The notes below the pieces were generated by a model. It did not search any database, was not told the origin of the DNA, and was given only the letters and a program-made list of their open reading frames with translations. Shown here one piece after another: positions 24,978 to 32,000 of a DNA stretch of 32,000 nucleotides. The stretch covers positions 960,001 to 992,000 of the forward strand of contig JANQNC010000001.1 of NCBI GenBank assembly GCA_028279745.1, read 5' to 3'. This stretch comes from Candidatus Nanoarchaeia archaeon (GTDB taxonomy: Archaea; Nanobdellota; Nanobdellia; Woesearchaeales; JANQNC01). Numbering within the stretch: the stretch's first letter is position 1; each line of letters opens with the position of its first letter. Position numbers and translations under genes: made by a program.

Positions 24978-25028
24978 TTTTATATTTAAGTAAAAAGGTT
25001 TAAAAAGCTAAGCCCGCAACAATAATCC

Positions 25029-26990
25029 ATGAAAATACTGAATATTATCACAATTTTTGCATTATTAATGAGTTTTGTTGCAGTTGCACAGGATGAGATA
25101 TACTCAAAAGAACAACTAGATCTAGAAGTAAAAATAAAATCCAAAATAAACTTAGATATTTCTGCAGGAAGTGATTTAGAATATGTAAATGCTGATCTGT
25201 ATATGTTCCCAAAAGACAGCTGGAGACAAAGGGTTGTCAGTGAAGAAACTTTTCCTGCTGTGACTGAAAAGGAAGACTTCATCCGATACAGTTGGGACGA
25301 GTTAACTTCCAACAATCTTAACTATGAAATCACAAGCAGAGTGCTAACTGAAAACAAGTTTAGAAAAGTTATGAAAAAAGTTGAGTTTCCTTTTGCAGTA
25401 GATGAAAGAGAAAAGATTTATTTGAACCCTTCAGAATACATAGATTCAGACGATTCTCAAATTGTTAAAGTTGCATCAGAATTAGCAGAAGGCGAAGATG
25501 ACCTATTCAAGTTGGAGAATAAGCTAGCAAACTATGTTAAGAATAGGATCGAATACAACTTAAGCACAGTAACTGCAGAAGTAACACAAAAAGCATCATG
25601 GGTGCTAGAAAACGAAATAGGTGTTTGTGATGAGTTAACAGCATTATTTGTGGCTATGAACAGAGCATTAGGGATCCCGGCAAGATTTGTATCTGGTGTA
25701 GCATATACAAACTCACCATTATTTTCAGAACCGTGGGGAGCACACGCATGGGCAGAGGTATATTTCCCGGGATATGGGTGGGTTCCATTTGATATAACCT
25801 ATGAAGAATTTGGCTACTTAGACGCAACACACATAGAGATGATGACAACAGTAGATGCAAGACAATCAAGCACAAGGTTTGAATGGAAAGGAAGAAACAT
25901 AGACGTTGTAACTTCACCTCTAGACATAGAGACAAATGTAATAAATTCAGTAGGAACAGTTGAACCAAGCGTAAAGATAAAACCTTTCCTTTTTGATGAA
26001 GAGGTAGGATATGGATCTTATAACTTAGTGGGTGCTGAAATAAAGAACCTGAAAAACTACTATGTGCCTGCAACAGTTTATCTTTCTAACACAGAAGGTC
26101 TTTCAACACTGACTGAAAATCCGCTGCATATTGTATTGGAACCTGGAGAAGCAAAAGCAGTATACTGGATATTTCAAGTAGATAAGGGTTTGGATGGTCC
26201 AGGATACATACATCCTATGACTGTATACACTAAGTTTAATGAGAGTGGGAGTACAAGCGTGGAATCTGGAAAAAGAAGTACTGTGTACAGTTATGAAGAA
26301 ATTTCTGACTATTATAACTTAGTGATAGAAGAAGTTGAAAAAACTTATTCAAGCAGTGTAGATGTTGAATGTGTGACTGATACCGATTATGTTTATGTAA
26401 ACGAAACAGAATTAGTGGAGTGTAGTTTGAGAAATTTAGGGAATACGGTATTAACAGATTTAGATGTATGTCTGGGAGAATGTTTGAAGTTGGAGCTTTT
26501 GATAGGTCAAGAAGAAAAAGTTGAGTTTGAGTTCACACCAAAAGAGCTAGGGGAGATCCCTGTTGTGTCTGTAAAGAATGGAGAGGTTTCAAAAACACAT
26601 AACTTGAATATTGAGGTGTTAGATAAACCTTCTTTAGAGATAAGAGACATAAAAAATCCAGACGCAGTAACTTATGACGATTTTTATAATGTAAGCTTTA
26701 CACTAGAACAAAAATCAAAATCAACACTACAAAACTTAACAGTGGAGTTAAGAAAAGAGAAATTAGTCCATAAATGGGAAGTAATAGAATCAGAACCAGA
26801 ATACAGTTTAGGGCTTACGGGAATGAAAGGAAAAGACCTTAACGAAGGAAACAACACATTCAAAATAAGAGCAATACACTATGACGAAAAAGGAAGACCC
26901 TACGAAACAATAGAAGAATTCAACGTAAGATTGGAAGGATTAAACTTCTGGCAGAAAATAATCGTGTGGTTTAACGGACTTTTCTCCTAA
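25029..26990 (+). CDS. Secreted transglutaminase-like protein with C-terminal beta-rich domains
   Basis: Signal peptide MKILNIITIFALLMSFVAVA. Cys-His-Asp core: GVCDELTALFVAMNRALGIPARFVSG, GAHAWAEVYFPGYGWVPFDIT. Confidence 0.85.
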   Translation: MKILNIITIFALLMSFVAVAQDEIYSKEQLDLEVKIKSKINLDISAGSDLEYVNADLYMFPKDSWRQRVVSEETFPAVTEKEDFIRYSWDELTSNNLNYEITSRVLTENKFRKVMKKVEFPFAVDEREKIYLNPSEYIDSDDSQIVKVASELAEGEDDLFKLENKLANYVKNRIEYNLSTVTAEVTQKASWVLENEIGVCDELTALFVAMNRALGIPARFVSGVAYTNSPLFSEPWGAHAWAEVYFPGYGWVPFDITYEEFGYLDATHIEMMTTVDARQSSTRFEWKGRNIDVVTSPLDIETNVINSVGTVEPSVKIKPFLFDEEVGYGSYNLVGAEIKNLKNYYVPATVYLSNTEGLSTLTENPLHIVLEPGEAKAVYWIFQVDKGLDGPGYIHPMTVYTKFNESGSTSVESGKRSTVYSYEEISDYYNLVIEEVEKTYSSSVDVECVTDTDYVYVNETELVECSLRNLGNTVLTDLDVCLGECLKLELLIGQEEKVEFEFTPKELGEIPVVSVKNGEVSKTHNLNIEVLDKPSLEIRDIKNPDAVTYDDFYNVSFTLEQKSKSTLQNLTVELRKEKLVHKWEVIESEPEYSLGLTGMKGKDLNEGNNTFKIRAIHYDEKGRPYETIEEFNVRLEGLNFWQKIIVWFNGLFS

Positions 26991-27046
26991 AATTGATATA
27001 TAACTTACACAAACATTTAAATATATACAAACACTGATTCTCAAAC

Positions 27047-28855
27047 ATGAAAGTAGAAAAACTAGTGCCAGACACATCAGTAATAATAGAAGGATTACTG
27101 ACAAAAAAGATAGAATCAAACGAGCTAGATATTGGGGAAGTTATGATACACGAAGCAGTATTGGCAGAATTGGAACACCAAGCAAACCAAAACAGAGAGA
27201 TAGGTTACTTGGGCTTGGATGAGCTGAAAAAGTTGAGAGCTTTATCTGAAGAAAGACAATTTACATTAACCTATTCAGGAATGAAACCATCTGCAGTAGA
27301 GATAAGACACGCGAGCTTAGGAGAGATAGACTCAAAAATAAGAGAGCTAGCATATGCAGAATCTGCTACTTTAATGACAGCAGACAAAGTACAATCAAGA
27401 GTAGCAGAAGCAAAAGGAATACCAATAATATTTGAAGAATTAGTGACAGAGATACAAGCACTAGAACTAGAAGGATTCTTTGACGAACATACAATGTCCG
27501 TACACTTACGAGAAGAAGTACCTGTTCACGCAAAAAAAGGAAGACCTGGAGAATGGTCATATGAACAGATAAGCGACAAATTAACAAGAGAAGATATGAT
27601 AAGAATAGCAAGACAGATCATAGAAGAAACCAAAAAAAGAAAAGACGGATTTGTAGAGATAGAAAGAGAAGGATCAACAATAGTTCAGTTGGCTAATTAC
27701 AGGATAGTTATTGTAAGACCTCCGCTAGGAGATGGTTGGGAGATAACAGCAGTAAGACCAATCAAAAAGCTGAGCTTGGATGAGTATAACCTAAGCGAGA
27801 AACTAAAACAAAGAGTAGCAGAACAAGCAGAAGGTATTTTAGTTGCAGGAGCACCAGGAAATGGAAAGAGTACTTTTGCACAAGCACTATCAGAATATTA
27901 CGCAACACAAAACAAAGTAGTCAAGACAGTAGAAGCACCAAGAGATCTGCAATTGCCTGATACAATAACACAATATGCAATTAGTCGAGGAAGTCCTCAA
28001 GAGATACATGACATACTTTTGTTGAGCCGACCAGATTACACAATCTTTGACGAGATGAGAAACACAGAAGATTTCAAATTATTTGCAGACATGAGACTAA
28101 GCGGAGTAGGAATGATCGGTATAGTGCATGCAACAAACCCTGTGGATGCGATCCAGCGATTTTTAGGTAGGATTGATCTTGGAGTAATACCTCAGATAAT
28201 TGATACAGTTCTATTTATCGAGAATGGTGGCATAGCAAAAGCATTAGAAGTAAGAATGCAGGTAAAAGTACCATCAGGAATGACTGAAGCAGACTTGGCA
28301 AGGCCTGTAGTGACTGTAACAGACTTTGAAACAGGAACACTGGAGTTTGAGATCTATAGTTACGGTGAAGAAACAGTGGTAGTGCCAGTACAAGAATTCA
28401 AAATAGACGCAAAAACAGAGATGGCAGCACAAGGAGTGCAAAAAGAATTAGAAAAATATACAGACAGAGTAAAAGTAGAACCAATAAGCGGAAACAGAGT
28501 GAGAGCTTACGTAAGTCCAGAACAGATGGGTGAAGTGATAGGAAGAAAAGGCGCAAACATAATGAACATAGAGAAAAAAGTAGGAATGAAAATAGACGTA
28601 GAGCCTTTAACAGGACATGAAATGCTGGGTGAAGAAGTTAACTTTTCACCTAAAATAGGCAAGAAAAACTTATCCATAATGTTAGACGGAAATTATGAAA
28701 ACAAAGAAGTTGAGATATATGTCAATGGAGAGTATATCATGAATGCAATGGTAAGCAAAAAAGGACTGATCAAACTAATGAAGGGAAGCAAACAAGGAAA
28801 AATAATCGTAGATGCGATTAACCTTGGCGATGAAGTAAAGATAATGGTGATATAA
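27047..28855 (+). CDS. PIN-domain ATPase with C-terminal KH domain (archaeal PINA/COG1855-type)
   Basis: N-terminal PIN start LVPDTSVIIEG, Walker A GAPGNGKST, Walker B-like YTIFDEMR, KH GxxG motif VIGRKGANIMNIEKKVG. Confidence 0.85.
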   Translation: MKVEKLVPDTSVIIEGLLTKKIESNELDIGEVMIHEAVLAELEHQANQNREIGYLGLDELKKLRALSEERQFTLTYSGMKPSAVEIRHASLGEIDSKIRELAYAESATLMTADKVQSRVAEAKGIPIIFEELVTEIQALELEGFFDEHTMSVHLREEVPVHAKKGRPGEWSYEQISDKLTREDMIRIARQIIEETKKRKDGFVEIEREGSTIVQLANYRIVIVRPPLGDGWEITAVRPIKKLSLDEYNLSEKLKQRVAEQAEGILVAGAPGNGKSTFAQALSEYYATQNKVVKTVEAPRDLQLPDTITQYAISRGSPQEIHDILLLSRPDYTIFDEMRNTEDFKLFADMRLSGVGMIGIVHATNPVDAIQRFLGRIDLGVIPQIIDTVLFIENGGIAKALEVRMQVKVPSGMTEADLARPVVTVTDFETGTLEFEIYSYGEETVVVPVQEFKIDAKTEMAAQGVQKELEKYTDRVKVEPISGNRVRAYVSPEQMGEVIGRKGANIMNIEKKVGMKIDVEPLTGHEMLGEEVNFSPKIGKKNLSIMLDGNYENKEVEIYVNGEYIMNAMVSKKGLIKLMKGSKQGKIIVDAINLGDEVKIMVI

Positions 28856-28857
28856 AC

Positions 28858-30138
28858 ATGTTAGACCCAAAACTGATAAGAGAACAGCCAGACAAAGTAA
28901 AAGAAAACATAAAGAAAAAATTTCAAGAAGATAAAATAGCATTAGTGGATGAATGGCTAGAGAAGGACGATAAAGTTAGGAAACTGATGCAAGAATCACA
29001 AAAGTTGCGTCATGATAGAAATTCAGTAACTGCAGAGATAAACAAAGCAAAAAAAGAAGGACAAGATACTTCTGAGCTAATGGAAAAAGCAAAACAAATT
29101 CCCGCAAGAATAAAAGAGATAGAAGTTGAGCAGGAAGAATTGGCTGAACGAATAAAAGAGATTAACTATGGTTTACCAAATATGATCCATGAGTCAGTGC
29201 CTATTGGTGAGAGCGATAAAGACAACGTGGTAAGAGAAGAAATAGGTGAGATAAAAGAATTTGGTTTTGATGTAAAAAGCCACGTTGAACTGGGAGAAGA
29301 GTTAGGGGTTGTTGATTTTGACACATCAGCAAAAGTATCAGGAAAAGGATTCTACTATCTAAAAGGAGATCTAGCAAGATTAAACCGAGCGCTAATAAGC
29401 TTTTCAAGAGATTACATGATAGAACAAGGATATGAATATGTTGAACCACCTTTAATGATAAGAGAAGAAGTTCTAAAAGGCGTATATTCCGCAGAAGAGA
29501 TAGAAGAGATGTCATACAAGATAGAAGGAGAAGATCTTTACTTAATTGCAACATCAGAACACCCCCTGATAGGTATGTTTGTGAATAAAGCGATAAATAA
29601 AGAAGAGCTACCGATAAAAATCACAGGATTCTCAGCATGCTTCAGAAAAGAGATAGGAAGTCATGGAATAGACGAAAAAGGTTTGTATAGAACACACCAA
29701 TTTAACAAACAAGAGATGGTTGTTGTGTGCGAGCCAGAAGATTCATACAAACTATATGGTGAGATGATGAACCATTCAAAAGAGATATTCAAAAAATTAG
29801 GTCTGCCAATAAGAGAAATCGAGTGTTGTTCAGGGGACTTAGCAAACTTAAAAGCAAAATCAGCAGACCTGGAAGTTTACTCACCAAGAAAAAAAGAATA
29901 TTCAGAAATAACTTCAGTAACAAACATGGAAGAAGCACAAGCAAGAAGACTAAACATCAAAATAACAGACGGAAAAGAAAAATACTTTGCACACACACTG
30001 AACAATACAGCAATTGCAACATCAAGAGCGATGGTGGCTATATTAGAAAATTATCAGAATGAAGATGGCTCAGTAACAGTGCCAGAAGTTCTGGTACCTT
30101 ACATGAATGGTGTTGAGAAGATAGAAAAGAAAAATTAA
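28858..30138 (+). CDS. serS: Seryl-tRNA synthetase
   Basis: N-terminal coiled-coil arm, class II motif 2 FSACFRKEIGSHG, motif 3 region NNTAIATSRAMVAILENYQ. Starts 2 nt after the upstream stop. Confidence 0.95.
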   Translation: MLDPKLIREQPDKVKENIKKKFQEDKIALVDEWLEKDDKVRKLMQESQKLRHDRNSVTAEINKAKKEGQDTSELMEKAKQIPARIKEIEVEQEELAERIKEINYGLPNMIHESVPIGESDKDNVVREEIGEIKEFGFDVKSHVELGEELGVVDFDTSAKVSGKGFYYLKGDLARLNRALISFSRDYMIEQGYEYVEPPLMIREEVLKGVYSAEEIEEMSYKIEGEDLYLIATSEHPLIGMFVNKAINKEELPIKITGFSACFRKEIGSHGIDEKGLYRTHQFNKQEMVVVCEPEDSYKLYGEMMNHSKEIFKKLGLPIREIECCSGDLANLKAKSADLEVYSPRKKEYSEITSVTNMEEAQARRLNIKITDGKEKYFAHTLNNTAIATSRAMVAILENYQNEDGSVTVPEVLVPYMNGVEKIEKKN

Positions 30139-30164
30139 AAGGAGAAAAACAGTAAGTTGGTGTA

Positions 30165-30512
30165 ATGGCTGCTCGTAAACTCGCAGTCTTCAAAAAAAGA
30201 GGCAAAAGGATGAAAGGGATAAACGGACTGATACTATTTATTGTCGGAGCAGGGATAACCGTTGCAGCACGTGTTGTAGATCAAGCAAACTTAATCTTAT
30301 TCTTCTATGCAGGAATTGTAATGGCAACATATGGCCTAGGAAAATATGTAATACAAAAAGCGCTATTTGGTGGAACAAAAAAAGAACAAAAACAAACAGA
30401 ACAGATGCTAAAACCAGAAGCAGCAAAACAGATCATAAAATACTGTCCAAAATGCGGCAAAGCTCACGGAGCAAGCGCGAACTTTTGTATAAGCTGTGGG
30501 AACAAGTTATGA
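30165..30512 (+). CDS. Membrane protein with a C-terminal zinc ribbon
   Basis: Two TM helices, then CPKCG-x12-CISCG. The start may be the Met at 30210. The 3' end overlaps the convergent RSH gene by 6 nt. Confidence 0.5.
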   Translation: MAARKLAVFKKRGKRMKGINGLILFIVGAGITVAARVVDQANLILFFYAGIVMATYGLGKYVIQKALFGGTKKEQKQTEQMLKPEAAKQIIKYCPKCGKAHGASANFCISCGNKL

Positions 30513-32000
30513 CTGATCTTCTCCAATAAACACTCTAATCACACTATTGATCTTCATAATTCTTCTGATCAAGTCTTTCAAGTGTTCAAGGTTAACAAGT
30601 TCAACCTCAAAAGAACATTCAGCAAGCTGTTTACCTAAGAACTTAACATTTGCACCTTTTATATTTGTGCCAGTATGAGCGATAGTGTTAACCATATCCA
30701 GAAGCAATCCCACTCTATCATTACACAAAACTGCAAGCTTCAGATCACCATTAAAGTCATCTCTCCAAGTAACCATCTTTTTTATCACTGGACCGCTTTC
30801 AAGCTTAGGAACTTTGTTACAAGTGGATTTATGGATGGAAACAACACCTGACTTAATCACATAACCCTTGATGTTATCGCCAGGTAAAGGGTTGCAACAA
30901 CGAGGCAGTCTATACTCTGCATTTGGCAAACCTTTCACAACAACAATGCTCTCTCTTTGTCTTTCTTTCAAAGCTCTCTTCTTGATAATCTGCTTAGCAG
31001 GAATATTGGCAGAGTCCTTAATAGACTTCTTTATCTTAGTCAAAGCTCTTGCAGTTTTAGCAATACCCAACCAGGTTCTACTTGGCTTCTGATTCTTTTT
31101 AGTGATGATCTCAACAACATCACCATTTGTTAACTCATGGTTTAAAGGAACAAACGCTTTGTTAACCTTTGCACCACTACAATGCATTCCAACTTCTGAA
31201 TGTACTGCAAAAGCAAAATCAATCACTGTAGCATCTTCAGGAAGTTCAATAATATCATTCTTAGGAGTAAAACAGAAAATCTCTTCTTTAAAGAAATCTA
31301 ATTTTAAATTATCAATAAACTCACCGGCCTCTTTTGATTCTTTTTTCCAATCCAAAATTTGCCTCATCCATGATAATTTTCTATCAAACTTAACACTACC
31401 CTTCATATCTTTATAACGCCAGTGAGCAGCAATACCTTCTTCAGCAATCTTATTCATGTCTTTAGTCCTTATCTGGATCTCAATAGGATATCCATCATCA
31501 CCAATCACCGTAGTGTGTAGGGACTGATACATGTTAGCCTTAGGAGACGCAATATAATCTTTAAACCTTTCAGGCATAGGCTTCCACAAATAATGAATAA
31601 TTCCTAAAACACCATAACAAGTTTCAACATCTTTAACAACAATACGATAAGCCATGACATCATAAATCTCATCAAAAGTTTTCTCAAACTTCTTCATCTT
31701 AGAAAGAATACTGAACAAGTGTTTAGGTCTTCCTTTAACCTCTGCAACTATACTGTGCCTCTTAAGCTCACGTTTGATAATTCTGATGTTACTATCAATA
31801 ACTTGTCTTCTATCTGCAAGCCTTCTAGGAATCTTAGTCCTTAACTCATTAAACTCTTCAGGGTACAAGAACTTCATAGACAAGTCTTCTAACTCACCTC
31901 TAATACCTGCCAGCCCAAGCCTGTAAGCAAGAGGGGCATAAATCTCTAAAGCATCTTTAGCAGTCATCCTCTGTTTTTCAGGAGGCATGTGCTGAAGCGT
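30507..32000 (-). CDS. Long RelA/SpoT homologue ((p)ppGpp synthetase/hydrolase family), 5' partial
   Basis: The frame is open to the window edge. Contains the end of the HD region (EIYAPLAYRLG), the synthetase motif YQSLHTTVIGDDGYPIEIQIRTKDMNKIAEEGIAAHWRYK, a TGS domain (FTPKNDIIELPEDATVIDFAFAVHSEVG) and a C-terminal ACT-like domain. Confidence 0.9.
   Translation of the reverse strand, partial: TLQHMPPEKQRMTAKDALEIYAPLAYRLGLAGIRGELEDLSMKFLYPEEFNELRTKIPRRLADRRQVIDSNIRIIKRELKRHSIVAEVKGRPKHLFSILSKMKKFEKTFDEIYDVMAYRIVVKDVETCYGVLGIIHYLWKPMPERFKDYIASPKANMYQSLHTTVIGDDGYPIEIQIRTKDMNKIAEEGIAAHWRYKDMKGSVKFDRKLSWMRQILDWKKESKEAGEFIDNLKLDFFKEEIFCFTPKNDIIELPEDATVIDFAFAVHSEVGMHCSGAKVNKAFVPLNHELTNGDVVEIITKKNQKPSRTWLGIAKTARALTKIKKSIKDSANIPAKQIIKKRALKERQRESIVVVKGLPNAEYRLPRCCNPLPGDNIKGYVIKSGVVSIHKSTCNKVPKLESGPVIKKMVTWRDDFNGDLKLAVLCNDRVGLLLDMVNTIAHTGTNIKGANVKFLGKQLAECSFEVELVNLEHLKDLIRRIMKINSVIRVFIGEDQS

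Noticed and set aside
22829-31416. Antisense or off-frame ORFs 22829-23017, 24193-24483, 24986-25315, 25654-26073, 27366-27611, 29201-29554, 29823-30062, 30238-30426, 30868-31092, 31102-31416
   Set aside because: All are embedded in genes with strong family motifs (deacetylase, transglutaminase, PINA, serS, RSH) or in the polytopic membrane protein gene, and their translations are low-complexity.
1-32000. CRISPR arrays, rRNA genes, IS elements and long dispersed repeats
   Set aside because: No regularly spaced direct repeats, rRNA-like GC-rich blocks or terminal inverted repeats were seen. The only repeats found are the intragenic duplication at 4939-5733, the 20-nt palindrome pair and the tRNA-end fragment.

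Overview
This is a low-GC, purine-skewed archaeal fragment, probably from a small-genome DPANN-like lineage (inference only; all calls come from reading motifs, no searches were run). The archaeal assignment rests on five observations:
- a class III (KG|Q) signal-peptide pilin;
- an initiator tRNA-Met with an A1:U72 pair;
- an intron-containing tRNA-Ser;
- a PIN-ATPase-KH (PINA/COG1855-type) protein;
- TATA-box promoters about 25-30 nt upstream of gene and tRNA starts.

Gene order from left to right:
1. A type IV pilus-like locus with a FlaI/TadA-type ATPase (5' partial), two separate platform membrane proteins and a pilin.
2. Two hypothetical genes and a tandemly duplicated Cys-rich surface protein.
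3. A PIG-L deacetylase translationally coupled to a GT4 glycosyltransferase.
4. smc, rnhB and an HPF/RaiA-like small protein.
5. A MacB/FtsX-type ABC transporter, with the ATPase convergent on two permeases.
6. An island of about 5.5 kb (about 16.3-21.9 kb) made of uncharacterised genes in two divergent operons. It contains an AbrB/SpoVT-PhoU-like regulator, a twice-occurring palindromic operator and a minimal histidine-kinase-like ATPase. It is bounded by tRNA-Ser and a degenerate copy of that tRNA's 3' end.
7. Divergent tRNA-Ser(GCU, apparently two introns) and initiator tRNA-Met.
8. An envelope cluster: CE4 polysaccharide deacetylase, a GT-C-like membrane protein and a secreted transglutaminase-like protein.
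9. PINA ATPase, serS, a zinc-ribbon membrane protein and a long RelA/SpoT homologue (5' partial at the window end).

The best candidate for something undescribed is the tRNA-flanked island and its operator-controlled operons, but no function can be assigned from sequence alone. No CRISPR array, IS element, integrase or rRNA was found.
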